Below are positions 48,994-62,607 of a DNA stretch of 64,000 nucleotides, one piece after another. Source of the stretch: Dehalococcoidia bacterium (GTDB lineage Bacteria; Chloroflexota; Dehalococcoidia; Plut-88900); the NCBI GenBank assembly GCA_965197585.1, contig OZ240215.1, forward strand, positions 3,136,001-3,200,000. The letters run 5' to 3'. The position numbers were made by a program, and so were the translations under genes. Below the pieces are notes generated by a model. That model was not told the origin of the DNA, did no database searches, and saw only the letters and a list, made by a program, of their open reading frames with translations. The first letter of the stretch is position 1; each line of letters begins with the position of its first letter.

Positions 48994-49007
48994 GGTAAGG
49001 AATTCTC

Positions 49008-49103
49008 TGGCGGAAGCGGGGGGATTCGAACCCACCGAGACCTGTATCGAACACGTCTAACCGTTTTTAAGACAGCCGCAATAAACCTCTCTGCCACACT
49101 TCC
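49008..49103 (-). tRNA. tRNA with Ser-type body and TAA (Leu) anticodon; possibly a decayed tRNA-Ser(TGA)
   Basis: GGAAGTG/CGCTTCC acceptor, G73-CCA, long variable arm, anticodon loop CTTAAAA; mismatches in T and V stems. Confidence 0.75.
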
Positions 49104-49601
49104 ATCGTCACGAGCAGGAAAATAGGGGAAGACATCCACTCTGCCACATACCTGCCCCTCGATGGTACGGGGCCCGTCACGAGTAGTAAATACTTCTGTG
49201 TCCACCTGTGCCAAATCGTATATAACTCCCAAAATTCCCCCCCTGATCAATCATACAGGCACGGACTCAATCAGAAACAATCAACACTCGGAGCTAGCGA
49301 TAGGCCGCACACCTAGGGATGGTCTGAGCAAGTGGGTGGTTGGCTAAGAGGACGGAGAAGGGAGGGAAGGATTCCTGCCTCCGCAGGAATGACGGCTGAG
49401 GTGGATATGACGGAAGAAAGTGGTGTCGATGACTTGTCCAGAGGTTTCCTGGCTTGCCTGTATTCCCCACCACGCCCCACTGCATACAATGTCCCATGTC
49501 CTTGCTCACCCCCTTTCTTCTACCCCCGGAACCGCAATCCGCGCGCCTAAACTATCCCGCAACGCTTGGGGAATTCCATTATTCTCAACGAGTACACCCG
49601 T

Positions 49602-49630
49602 TTGACATGTGCGTTATCCCTCCCTATAAT
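49602..49630 (+). promoter_or_regulatory. consensus sigma70 promoter
   Basis: TTGACA-17-TATAAT exact. Confidence 0.85.
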
Positions 49631-49636
49631 CCCGAC

Positions 49637-51538
<1,902 letters not shown>

Positions 51539-51582
51539 CAAGGTGACTTTACAGTTAGTTTACAATATATGGTGATGCAGCT

Positions 51583-52233
51583 ATGCAGATTTGGCTTGAC
51601 ACCGCAGACATAGAAGAGATTCGGGAAGCCTCCAAGTTCGGCGTCATCTCCGGCGTGACCACTAACCCCTCCCTCGCCGCGAAGGCCGGGCATCTGGACT
51701 TGCGCGCCGCCGTTATCGAAATCTGTTCCCTGGTCGACGGCCCGGTCAACGCCGAGGTACTCAGCCTCAACGCCCAGGACATGATCGAAGAAGGACGAGA
51801 GATTGCCACCTGGGCTCCCAACGTCGTGGTGAAAGTCCCCATCGGGGAAGAAGGCCTGCAGGTCATCTCCGTACTCTCCGGCGAGGGCATAGCCGTGAAC
51901 CAGACCCTCACCTTCTCCATCAACCAGGCCCTCCTCGGGGCCCTGGCCGGCGCAACCTATATAAGCCCCTTCGTCGGCAGGCTAGATGATGCGGGGAACG
52001 ACGGCATGACCGTAGTCTCCGAAATGGTCGAGGTCTTCGAAAAGCACGACCTCAAAGCCAAAGTCTTGGCCGCAAGCCTCCGACACCCTCAGCACGTAGT
52101 CCAGGCCGCTCTTGCCGGCGCCCATATTTCGACCCTCCCCTACAAAGTCTTCAAGCAGATGTTCCAACATCCCCTAACCGATGTCGGTCTGAAACGTTTT
52201 ATAGATGACTGGCGCGGCCTTGTCCGAGTCTAA
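51583..52233 (+). CDS. fsa: transaldolase / fructose-6-phosphate aldolase
   Basis: LDTA, GVTTNPS, VVKVP, YISPFVGR, AASLR. Confidence 0.93.
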   Translation: MQIWLDTADIEEIREASKFGVISGVTTNPSLAAKAGHLDLRAAVIEICSLVDGPVNAEVLSLNAQDMIEEGREIATWAPNVVVKVPIGEEGLQVISVLSGEGIAVNQTLTFSINQALLGALAGATYISPFVGRLDDAGNDGMTVVSEMVEVFEKHDLKAKVLAASLRHPQHVVQAALAGAHISTLPYKVFKQMFQHPLTDVGLKRFIDDWRGLVRV

Positions 52234-52278
52234 CCCCCAGATCACCCCAGCCTTCACCCCCTTCCATTCGAGGACCCC

Positions 52279-53595
<1,317 letters not shown>

Positions 53596-54128
53596 CCCCG
53601 AACCACCCCCCATCCGTCATTCCGGCCCCCGAGCCGGAATCCATCTTAGTGCAGCGTGTTCCTATGCTAAAGAGATGGCTCGCCTATCACCCCCACTCTT
53701 TCCCTGCATACCCCCGCCCCTACGTCCACCCCACTCCCACGCTCCCACCTTACTCTCTACTCCCCCACCCTCTCCGGACCTGGAGCCCACCCAGATCTCC
53801 CTGTGACACGAGCCCCTTGCCCTACTTCCCACCTCCCCTGTATGGTCTCTCTATGGCCTATTTGACTATTCCCATGTTTCCGGCCCCTTTCCTTCATGAG
53901 TCCTCCCTCTCCATCAACCCAAACTCCCCGAAACATGGAACAATCAGAATTCGTGCCTGTTACCCGACAACAATCAAACACAAAGCCGTTTTTTAAATTG
54001 TCCGCACCACCTGTAGTAGTTATATGTAAACTCCCCAATATGTACTGAAATAGTGCCCAACCTTGACTACCGAACGCGCAGCGGTATAGGGTGAGAGTCG
54101 CCAATTCGACAATTCACGGGAGACAAAT

Positions 54129-55769
54129 ATGGCTACAGTTAATGGAAGCTATCTGATCGCAAGGACCCTGAAGGAGGAGGGTGTCGACACCCTCTTTTAC
54201 CTCATGGGAGGCCCGAACTTCGATATCGTCATGTCCTCAGAGGACTTGGGGATAAAGAGCGTAGACTTCAGGCACGAGCAGGGAGCGGCCTACGCTGCGC
54301 ACGCCTATGCGCGGGTCTCTGGGAAGCCGGGGGTATGCACCGCTGCGTCGGGGCCCGGCACTCTGAACCTTCTGACCGGCGTATACACCGCTTCCATTGA
54401 CAATTCGCCGATGGTGGTTCTGGGTGGCGCGGGCCCCGTGCACGATATAGGCCGCGAGGCCTTCCAGGAAGTCGACCAGGTCGGCATTATGCAGCCCCTG
54501 TGTAAGTTCCTGCACAGGCCCACCATGGCCGCTCGATACCCGGAGGTTGTAAGCATGGCCTTCCGGCAGGCCACATCCGGCAGGCCGGGCCCCGTCTACA
54601 TCGACTGCGGTGCAGACGTTCTCTACGAAGAGATAGAGGAGTCGGACGCCGTCGTCCCTAGCCGATACGATAAGAGGAGCAAGCCGGGCGCCGACCCGAA
54701 CGCCGTGGCCGAAGCCGTAGACCTGCTGGGCAAGGCGGAACGCCCCATGATAATGGCGGGCGGAGGCGTCTTCTTCTCCGGCGGCAGCCCGGAGCTGGAA
54801 CGGTTCGTTGACATCACCAACATCCCCTTCTACACGGCCCCCATGTCCCGGGGCGTTGTGCCCGAGGACCATGTAGTCTCGTTCCCCGGCGCACGCAGCA
54901 CGGCGATGAGGGAGGCCGACGTTGTGCTGGTGGTCGGCACCAGGATGAACTGGATGATGAACTACGGTCAGCGTATCTCCCCCAATGCCAAGATTATCCA
55001 GATCGATATCGAGGCGAGCGAGATAGGCCACAACAGGAGCGTCGACCTCGGGATCGTGGCCGATGCGAAGGTGGCTATGGCGCAGATGGTCGCTGAGGCC
55101 GAGGCTCAGGAAGCCAATTTCGCCGGGGCCCTGGAGTCGCCTTGGGTGCTCCGTCTCAGTGAGGCGAACGACCAGCGGGCAGCAAAGATCGCCGACCTCC
55201 TCAACTCCGATAGTAGGCCTATTCACCCCCTCAGGATATGCAAGGAGATCAGGGAATTCCTGGACAGGGACGCCATCCTCTGCGTCGACGGGAACGAGAT
55301 ACTCCACTATGCCCGCCAGTCCATCCCGACATTCGAACCCGGCCACAGGCTCAATGCAGGGGTGACGGGTACCATGGGTGTGGGACTGCCCTACGGATTA
55401 GGGGCGCAGCTGGCCAAGCCCGACAAACAGGTGCTCGTCCTGCACGGGGACGGCTCTATGGGCATGAACGCCATGGAAGTGGACACGGCGGTTCGACACA
55501 ACCTCCCGGTGGTCACCGTCGTCAGCAACAACGCCGGCTGGACCGCCCGCTCTCTCGACACCCGCAAGCCGGGCCGAGAGCTCGGCTTCACCGCCTTCCA
55601 CGAGATGGCTCAGTCCCTGGGCGGGTACGGCGAGCAGGTAGAAGACCCCAACGAGCTCCGGCCCGCCCTGGAAAGGGCCTACGCCAGCGGCAAAGCGGCC
55701 GTAATCAACGTCATAGCCGATCCGTTGGCCCGGGCTATTTCCAACTGGGGTGGGTCTCGTATGGAGTAG
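54129..55769 (+). CDS. thiamine pyrophosphate enzyme (oxalyl-CoA decarboxylase / 2-hydroxyacyl-CoA lyase-like)
   Basis: RHEQ, SGPG, GDG..GMN..E..TA.R...NN TPP motif. Confidence 0.88.
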   Translation: MATVNGSYLIARTLKEEGVDTLFYLMGGPNFDIVMSSEDLGIKSVDFRHEQGAAYAAHAYARVSGKPGVCTAASGPGTLNLLTGVYTASIDNSPMVVLGGAGPVHDIGREAFQEVDQVGIMQPLCKFLHRPTMAARYPEVVSMAFRQATSGRPGPVYIDCGADVLYEEIEESDAVVPSRYDKRSKPGADPNAVAEAVDLLGKAERPMIMAGGGVFFSGGSPELERFVDITNIPFYTAPMSRGVVPEDHVVSFPGARSTAMREADVVLVVGTRMNWMMNYGQRISPNAKIIQIDIEASEIGHNRSVDLGIVADAKVAMAQMVAEAEAQEANFAGALESPWVLRLSEANDQRAAKIADLLNSDSRPIHPLRICKEIREFLDRDAILCVDGNEILHYARQSIPTFEPGHRLNAGVTGTMGVGLPYGLGAQLAKPDKQVLVLHGDGSMGMNAMEVDTAVRHNLPVVTVVSNNAGWTARSLDTRKPGRELGFTAFHEMAQSLGGYGEQVEDPNELRPALERAYASGKAAVINVIADPLARAISNWGGSRME

Positions 55770-55810
55770 GGAACCACCCTCTCTGCACGCACCCGATAAG
55801 ACGACACTAT

Positions 55811-57112
55811 TTGAGCAAGCAGACTGGACTATCTGCCCAGCAGACCCTTGCTGCACCTGCGGCCAAGGGAATCGGCAGCGGAGATAGACGAGGCCTGCTG
55901 GCCCGGGTCCACACCTTCGACTCCCTCAAGGAGCGCAGCTATCGATGGCTGTGGCTGGGGATGCTGGGGGCCTTCGCCGGAATGCAAATGCAGATGCTGG
56001 CGCGGGGCTGGCTGGTGGTGGACAAATTGGATGGCTCGGCGCTGGACCTCGGCATCGTGACTTCCAGCAGTGGGGTGCCTCTTCTGCTCCTCTCCCTGTT
56101 CGGCGGAGTGATCAGCGACAGGTTTCCTAAACGGAACCTTCTGGTGGTAACCCAGACCTGCAACGCCATAATCGCTCTCCTGGTCGCTGTTCTTATCGTC
56201 ACTGACCTTGTGCAGATCTGGCACATGATAGTGGCGGCGGTGCTGACTGGGACGGTCTTCGCATTCAACATGCCGGGCCGCCAGAGCCTGATCCCCGAGC
56301 TGGTGAGCAAGGACAAGCTGTCGAATGCCATTGCGCTGAACGCTGCGGGGATGAATCTGAACAGGATCATCGCACCGGGGGTGGGCGGAGTTTTGGTGGC
56401 CTTCATCGGGTTGAGCGGCGTCTACTTCATCGTAGTCGGCTGTTACGCTTTCGCCGCGTTCACCATGCTGATGGTCCATCCCGTAAGACGCACAATGCAG
56501 GCGCGAACCACGTCGATCATCCAGGACCTGAAAGCCGGACTCAAGTACGCCAAGAGCGACTCCAAGATAATGAGCCTGCTGCTCCTGGCCTTGGTACCCT
56601 TGATTTTCGCCCACCCTTATCAGGCCCTGCTCCCCGTCTTTGCCAAGGATATCCTGGGAGTGGGCTCGGACGGGCTGGGTTTCCTGATGGGTGCGGTCGG
56701 AGTAGGAGCGGTGACCGGTACGCTGGCCTTGGCATCCCTGTCGAACTTCAAGAGCCGGGGCGTACTGATGGTCGCGTTGTTGGTGCTATTGGGGCTGGCG
56801 CTGATTCTGTTCTCCCAGTCTGGGAACCTGTACCTGTCCATGGGCGCGCTCTTCCTGGTGGGTGTAGGTAGCATGGGATACAACGCCCTGAACCACACGC
56901 TTCTGCTGACGACAACGACACCCGAGATGCGCGGCCGGGTCACGAGCATCTACATGACGAGCTTCGGCATCATGCCACTGGGTGTGTTCCCAATGACGGC
57001 CGCCGCCGATGTAATTGGGCCGCCGAATGCCCTGACCATTGGCGCAGCAGGACTCATATTGATTACCCTGCTGCTGGTGTTGTTGAGGCCTCAGATCCGG
57101 TCACTGAGGTGA
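55811..57112 (+). CDS. MFS transporter
   Basis: GVISDRFPKR motif A, MRGRV, ~12 TM; TTG start inferred downstream of the TPP gene stop. Confidence 0.9.
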   Translation: MSKQTGLSAQQTLAAPAAKGIGSGDRRGLLARVHTFDSLKERSYRWLWLGMLGAFAGMQMQMLARGWLVVDKLDGSALDLGIVTSSSGVPLLLLSLFGGVISDRFPKRNLLVVTQTCNAIIALLVAVLIVTDLVQIWHMIVAAVLTGTVFAFNMPGRQSLIPELVSKDKLSNAIALNAAGMNLNRIIAPGVGGVLVAFIGLSGVYFIVVGCYAFAAFTMLMVHPVRRTMQARTTSIIQDLKAGLKYAKSDSKIMSLLLLALVPLIFAHPYQALLPVFAKDILGVGSDGLGFLMGAVGVGAVTGTLALASLSNFKSRGVLMVALLVLLGLALILFSQSGNLYLSMGALFLVGVGSMGYNALNHTLLLTTTTPEMRGRVTSIYMTSFGIMPLGVFPMTAAADVIGPPNALTIGAAGLILITLLLVLLRPQIRSLR

Positions 57113-57116
57113 CGGG

Positions 57117-57884
57117 TCAGTCGTCCATATCGTCGTCGTCGTGGGCGGAGTGGGCCGTGGAATGGCTCAGATGAGACCCGATACTCTCCACGTGACGCCG
57201 TTCGTCCTCTTCCCTCGGTGGCAGAGCGTCGATCTCTTTACGCAGCCGGGGCAGCTCAGCGGCGTCTTCTTCCGAAGCTACGTCGACTACGATTCCGATC
57301 GCTCCCACGTGCTGGAGCGCCGAGAGTTCGCCTTCGGACAGCCCTGCCCTTACGCATACGATACTCGGTTTGCTAACGGCAGTTAGGACTGACCTGAGGG
57401 TCATAAGGTCGGTGATTTTAAGGACGTCCTGGGCCCCGTGCTCGATTAACAGGCAGTCGACGGGTACGTCTTCAAGGACGCGAAGGTGCGCCTCCTCGAT
57501 GGACGGAGAGACGGAGAGGAGCTTGGCGGAGTTTTCCTCGTTGAGAATGGATGCGGGAGAGTTGTCGGGGCTCAGGACGAAAAAGTCGCAGCCCTGCTTG
57601 GTGAGGGGTGCAATATCCTCGGAGTTGATAGAAGAGGGCTGGATGCCCCACGGCGCCGACTCGGGGAGGTTGGCCGGTAGAGGTGTCTGGTTGGCCTGGG
57701 ACACTGTCAGGATGACTGAGTCGGCGTGTTCGGCCGCATCGGGTATGGAGGGTGCCGCAGAGGAATCCAGGCGGACTATCAGCACCAGGGGCGGCACGGG
57801 GGCCGAGGTGTCGGCGGCGACGAAGCCCATGCGCCTCGGCGCGGGCTGGCCCGCCTTTTCAAGTTTGTCCAGTAGTTTGCTCAT
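57117..57884 (-). CDS. conserved hypothetical protein, probable TIM-barrel
   Basis: Alternating beta/alpha pattern, MGF N-terminal motif, acidic tail; function unknown. Confidence 0.7.
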   Translation of the reverse strand: MSKLLDKLEKAGQPAPRRMGFVAADTSAPVPPLVLIVRLDSSAAPSIPDAAEHADSVILTVSQANQTPLPANLPESAPWGIQPSSINSEDIAPLTKQGCDFFVLSPDNSPASILNEENSAKLLSVSPSIEEAHLRVLEDVPVDCLLIEHGAQDVLKITDLMTLRSVLTAVSKPSIVCVRAGLSEGELSALQHVGAIGIVVDVASEEDAAELPRLRKEIDALPPREEDERRHVESIGSHLSHSTAHSAHDDDDMDD

Positions 57885-58049
57885 TTAGGGTGGCCTTCCG
57901 ATCAGGGTTTGCGTAGGTGGAACGGGTGGGTATGGTATAAGCGCGGGCGATGGGGTGTCAATCGAAAAACGGAGGAAGGAGTAGTGACCCCGGCGAGCGC
58001 TGGAACTGACTCAGGAGACTAGTTGCAGACACAATTAGAGGGAAGTCGG

Positions 58050-59147
58050 TTAGTCTGTTGCATCTTCTCTCCATTTGAGGCCCACTTTCAGCCCATTGAG
58101 AGAGCGCCAAGGCATTTTCTTTTCATGTTGAAGCCTCCCAACCACGATACCGGATGCTAGCCCTTGCTCCTTAGCAAACCGGCGGACGGAACTCGCAGAG
58201 AATGTGGAGGAAGCAACAAATGCGCGCCAGACCGGGTGAGGGATGAGGAAATTGGCTGCCCACTCGTCAGCTTCCGCATCCTCGTCCGTTGTATTCCCAT
58301 TACCTTCGTGAACGAATACGTCTCTCTTGCCGTGCAAGATGATATGAGCGGCCTCGTGGAAGAAGCTGAACCACAGCTGATCATCTCTCAAATGCCGGGC
58401 ACTTAGTTGGATTAACGCCTTTTGCGGTGTTAACCAGCGAGCCGCTCCGCTTAGTGCAGTTTTTGGGAGCGGTCTAACTATTGCCAAGGCGACTCCCGAC
58501 TGGGCACAGAGTTCTTCTGCCTCCGATAAGACTTCAACGGATTGAACGGCAGTCAGCTTTCGGATGTGGTGGAGAGTTTTCTTGAAGGTTGACTCATTGT
58601 AAGCTGCGCACTCAATCTGACCTGACTCCAATTCTCCCAGCCGAAGCCATGTGGCTAAAGCAAATTTGTCACTCTTGAAACTGGGTGAATGTCGATACGC
58701 GACCTGGGTCTTAGCGTAATTCCGTTCCCAAGAATCTACAGAGGCTACACCAAAGAAGGCGAGCAGAGCCGCGACTCCTTCTGCGGGCGATGCAGGTTCT
58801 TTTACTACGTTGCGCTTGATGAGTTCATTGATCGGAAACTTTCTTGACCAAGCAAGCCAATCTGCCGCCTTCTGCTTCTCAATTTCGCGTGTTTGGTGGA
58901 GTTGGTAGCCTGATTCGATGCCGAGCCAGATACTTGCGTCCATGCCCAGCACTTTCTCAAACTGGAGAGCGGTCCTTGGCTCGACGGGGGCCTTGCCCGA
59001 GATAATGTCACTGATCAATTTGGCGGACCTGTCGCATCGCCTGGCAAACTCGGCGTGAGACATTTCTCGTGCTTCAAGGTGTTCCTCCAGTACCTGACCA
59101 GGCGAAACCGCGTAATCCGGTTCGTACGAATATGTAACAGTCGCCAT
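58050..59147 (-). CDS. HigA-type HTH fused to ImmA/IrrE peptidase
   Basis: PGQVLEEHLE HTH, FHEAAH, E.EAD.WA. Confidence 0.9.
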   Translation of the reverse strand: MATVTYSYEPDYAVSPGQVLEEHLEAREMSHAEFARRCDRSAKLISDIISGKAPVEPRTALQFEKVLGMDASIWLGIESGYQLHQTREIEKQKAADWLAWSRKFPINELIKRNVVKEPASPAEGVAALLAFFGVASVDSWERNYAKTQVAYRHSPSFKSDKFALATWLRLGELESGQIECAAYNESTFKKTLHHIRKLTAVQSVEVLSEAEELCAQSGVALAIVRPLPKTALSGAARWLTPQKALIQLSARHLRDDQLWFSFFHEAAHIILHGKRDVFVHEGNGNTTDEDAEADEWAANFLIPHPVWRAFVASSTFSASSVRRFAKEQGLASGIVVGRLQHEKKMPWRSLNGLKVGLKWREDATD

Positions 59148-59160
59148 GATTTCCCCTTCG

Positions 59161-59496
59161 TTAATGATAGTCCGTGACTTCGATTATGGTGATCGCAGTC
59201 ACTTGGTCCTTATCTATTCCTCCCTCTTCATTTTCTGGGACAGGGTCGTGGTTTGGTTCGAAGAGAAGCCGTTGCGGGTGCACTAAATCCACTGCAAATT
59301 GCCCTTTTCGATTACCGGAGAGTTGATGGAGTCGCTCCGGACGACTCGTTGGTACAAGATACAAGTTACTAGCGTTCCTCAGAACAGCAAGGCGGTTCTG
59401 GATTGCACGCGCCATGTGATCTCCGTAGTTTCTCTTGATGTCCTTGCAAGAGTTGAAAACTTTCTGAAGCTTCCTGGTTCTAAAGGTGATCTCCAC
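59161..59496 (-). CDS. HigB-like toxin (killer protein)
   Basis: LHQLSGNRKGQFAVDL.HP.RLLF...EVTDYH. Confidence 0.88.
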   Translation of the reverse strand: MEITFRTRKLQKVFNSCKDIKRNYGDHMARAIQNRLAVLRNASNLYLVPTSRPERLHQLSGNRKGQFAVDLVHPQRLLFEPNHDPVPENEEGGIDKDQVTAITIIEVTDYH

Positions 59497-59541
59497 AAGA
59501 GTACCTCGACGAAGAATATAAAACTCGCATAGGGCACCTCC

Positions 59542-59568
59542 TAATCGTTACCTATTAGGTAACGATTA
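59542..59568. promoter_or_regulatory. perfect palindromic operator upstream of the higB-like gene
   Basis: TAATCGTTACCTA-T-TAGGTAACGATTA. Confidence 0.7.
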
Positions 59569-59721
59569 TATGTCAGGCGCCTAGAATCAGCAAGGGCGGA
59601 CATTTGATGGTGTGACTGGGAACAATCTACTTCATGCCTCATCCATCATAGGTAAAGGATGAGTGGATGCTATAATGCCCGCCTTTGGGTCGGGGGTGTG
59701 GGCTGTAGGCAAGGATCGAAC

Positions 59722-60729
59722 ATGAAACGCATCACCATCATAGGTCTCGGACTAATAGGAGGCTCTCTCGGACTGGCTCTGAAGGAGTCGGGCGTGGACG
59801 AGATTGTGGGTTGGGACGTTGCCAGGGCCTCCGCCAACCGAGCCCTCAAGATGGGAGCGATAGACAAGGCCGGTAAGAGCCTGGCCGGTTCGGTGGAGGG
59901 CGCGGATCTGGTGATCATTGCCACGCCCCTCCTTGCCATGCCGGACGTCATGCAGGAGATCGCCCCGAGCCTCAGCCACGGGTCTGTGGTGACGGACACC
60001 GGCAGCACCAAGGCAGCCGTGATGGATTGGGCCGAGACATACCTGCCGGGCGTCGACTTCGTCGGGGGCCATCCGATGGCCGGCAAGGAAGTGCCGGGCA
60101 TCGAGCATGCTGAGGCAGGCCTTTTCAAAGATGCGACATACTGCATTTGCCCGCCTCCCACTGCATCCCGTACGGCTTTCGATGCTGTAATTGAAGTAGC
60201 AAAGAGGGTGGGGGCTGTGGCCTACTTCCCCGAGCCCCGTGAACACGACGCCATGGTCGCCGCAACTAGCCACCTTCCCCTGCTAATGTCCTCAGCGCTG
60301 ATGACCCTTGCCTCATCCTCCGAGTCGTGGAGAGAGATGCGCCGCGTCGCTTCCAGCGGTTTCGCCGGGGCCACGCGTCTGGCCTCGACCGTCCCTTCGA
60401 TGAGCACGGGGATATGCGTCACCAACCGGGAAGCCATCGAACATTGGATAGACAGGTTCATCGATGAATTGCTCGGGTATAAGGCCCTGCTGGGCGCGGG
60501 TGATGAGGAGATACGGTCGGGGCTCGACAGGGCCCGCGACGCCAGGGAGAGGTGGCTTGCCGGAGAAGAACCATCGTCCGAAGAATATGGACCCAGGGTC
60601 CCGGGCGCGGGCCAGCAGATGAGGAGCATGTTCCTCGGCGAGGCTCTGGCCAAGCGGGGACGTAAGCTTATGGACCTGTACGAGCGGGGCACGGGGAAGG
60701 GCCGGGATGAGGAACGGAGGAGTCGCTAG
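59722..60729 (+). CDS. tyrA: prephenate/arogenate dehydrogenase
   Basis: GLGLIGGS, DTGSTK, GGHPMAG, HD...SHLP; start moved to ATG 59722. Confidence 0.93.
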   Translation: MKRITIIGLGLIGGSLGLALKESGVDEIVGWDVARASANRALKMGAIDKAGKSLAGSVEGADLVIIATPLLAMPDVMQEIAPSLSHGSVVTDTGSTKAAVMDWAETYLPGVDFVGGHPMAGKEVPGIEHAEAGLFKDATYCICPPPTASRTAFDAVIEVAKRVGAVAYFPEPREHDAMVAATSHLPLLMSSALMTLASSSESWREMRRVASSGFAGATRLASTVPSMSTGICVTNREAIEHWIDRFIDELLGYKALLGAGDEEIRSGLDRARDARERWLAGEEPSSEEYGPRVPGAGQQMRSMFLGEALAKRGRKLMDLYERGTGKGRDEERRSR

Positions 60730-60731
60730 CG

Positions 60732-62036
60732 GTGGTCTACAAAGTACAAACCGCCAAGTCGCTCGCCGGTGAGTTAGAACCGCCCGGCGATAAGAGCATC
60801 TCCCACCGGGCGGCCATGCTCGGTGGCCTCGCTCAAGGCACGACAATCGTCGACAACTTTCTGCACGGAGAAGACACCGAGGCAACGATGAACTGCCTTC
60901 GCTCCCTCGGCGTCGAAATTCACGTGGAAGATCCGAGTCCCGGCTCTAAAGGCCTCAAGCTCACCATCGCAGGGCGAGGGCGCGAGGGATTCCGGGAGTC
61001 CGAGCAGGTGCTGGACGTGCGAAACAGCGGTACCACCATGCGAATGATGTCGGGAGTGCTGGTCTCTTTCCCCTTTCTCTCCGTGCTGACCGGCGACGCC
61101 TCCCTCATACGCCGCCCCATGCGCCGGGTCATAGACCCCCTGCGGCTCATGGGCGCCGATATACAGGGCAGAGACGGGGACAAATTCCCCCCTCTCGTGA
61201 TTCGAGGTGGTGGATTGCAAGGCATTGACTACACGCTCCCGGTGGCCAGCGCCCAGGTTAAATCGGCAGTGCTCTTGGCGGGGTTGGGGGCGGATGGGCG
61301 CACCGTCGTACACCAGCCCTCGGCTACGCGGGACCACACCGAGCGGATGCTCCGAGCCATGGGCGCCGACATCTCGGTGAACGGGAACAGCGTAAGTATC
61401 GTACCGGGGCCATTGAATAGCCTTGAGATCGATGTGCCGGGGGACGCGAGCTCGGCAGCGGCCTGGTTGGTTCTGGGGGCCATCCACCCAGAGGCACGCA
61501 TCCGGCTGCGGAAAGTGGGCGTAAACCCCGGACGCATAGGCATAGTCAATGTGCTGAAATCTATGGGTGCCAGTGTCACGATGGAAGAGAAGGCGTCCGC
61601 CGTGGCCGAGCCCGTCGCTGACATCTTCATCGAGAGCAGCAGTCTCACCGGCGTCTCAATCAGAGGTGAGACCATCCCGAACGTCATTGATGAGATTCCG
61701 CTTATCGCCCTCGCAGCTACGCAGGCAGAGGGAGAGACGGAGATCCGGGACGCTGCGGAGCTGCGGGTCAAGGAGTCCGACAGGATCAGCACGACAGTAG
61801 TGGAGCTCAGAAAGCTGGGAGCGGACATAGAAGAGTTACCTGACGGAATGATCATCAGAGGCCCGACACCGCTCCAGGGTGCGTCCTGCGAAAGTCACGG
61901 CGACCATCGGCTTGCAATGACTTTGGGAGTGGCCGGATTGCTGGCCCGCGGCGAGACCATGGTTGCGGGCCACGAGTGTGTCGGGGTCTCCTACCCGGGG
62001 TTCTGGGAAGACCTGGAATCCTTGAGGGTCGGCTGA
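60732..62036 (+). CDS. aroA: 3-phosphoshikimate 1-carboxyvinyltransferase
   Basis: PGDKSISHR, NSGTT, SAQVKS, ELRVKESDR, DHRLAM. Confidence 0.97.
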   Translation: MVYKVQTAKSLAGELEPPGDKSISHRAAMLGGLAQGTTIVDNFLHGEDTEATMNCLRSLGVEIHVEDPSPGSKGLKLTIAGRGREGFRESEQVLDVRNSGTTMRMMSGVLVSFPFLSVLTGDASLIRRPMRRVIDPLRLMGADIQGRDGDKFPPLVIRGGGLQGIDYTLPVASAQVKSAVLLAGLGADGRTVVHQPSATRDHTERMLRAMGADISVNGNSVSIVPGPLNSLEIDVPGDASSAAAWLVLGAIHPEARIRLRKVGVNPGRIGIVNVLKSMGASVTMEEKASAVAEPVADIFIESSSLTGVSIRGETIPNVIDEIPLIALAATQAEGETEIRDAAELRVKESDRISTTVVELRKLGADIEELPDGMIIRGPTPLQGASCESHGDHRLAMTLGVAGLLARGETMVAGHECVGVSYPGFWEDLESLRVG

Positions 62037-62037
62037 C

Positions 62038-62607
62038 GTGGCGTCGCTGCTAATCGTGTTGTCCGGGCCGAGTGGCGTCGGCAAGGACACGCTGATCCAC
62101 AAGCTGCTCCTGACTGAGCCGAAAATGCGGAAGATAACCACCGTCACCACCCGCGCCCCGAGACTAGGAGAGATAGATGGCCGAGACCACTATTTCGTCT
62201 CCCTCGACCGCTTCCATGAGCTGATAGAGGAAGGCGCGCTTCTGGAACACGCCAGGGTTTACGACAACTGGTACGGCGTCCCCAAGGCTGACGTTGACGA
62301 CTCGATACGGGAGGGTTGGGACGTGGTGTTGAGGACCGACATTCAGGGTGCGGCCTCAGTGAAGGCCCTTGCCCCGGAAGCGCTGACCATCTTCATTTCG
62401 CCGGGAGATGAGTCGGACCTTGAGAAGAGAATAGACAAGAGGGGTGCGGTAGATTCTGAAGACCGGGACTTGAGGCTCAAGACCGCAAGGGAAGAGATGC
62501 AAGCCGCCGAATCCTTCGACCACGTCGTGGTCAACCCGGAGAATGACCTGGACGCGGCGGTGGAGAGTGTCAGGCGGATATTGGAAGAGGAGCGGGGCCG
62601 GGACTAG
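62038..62607 (+). CDS. gmk: guanylate kinase
   Basis: SGPSGVGK, TTR.PR.GE.DG.D..F, YG. Confidence 0.95.
   Translation: MASLLIVLSGPSGVGKDTLIHKLLLTEPKMRKITTVTTRAPRLGEIDGRDHYFVSLDRFHELIEEGALLEHARVYDNWYGVPKADVDDSIREGWDVVLRTDIQGAASVKALAPEALTIFISPGDESDLEKRIDKRGAVDSEDRDLRLKTAREEMQAAESFDHVVVNPENDLDAAVESVRRILEEERGRD

Noticed and set aside
55238-55810. N-terminal extension making a 624-aa MFS
   Set aside because: Overlaps the TPP enzyme gene out of frame; real start is near 55811.
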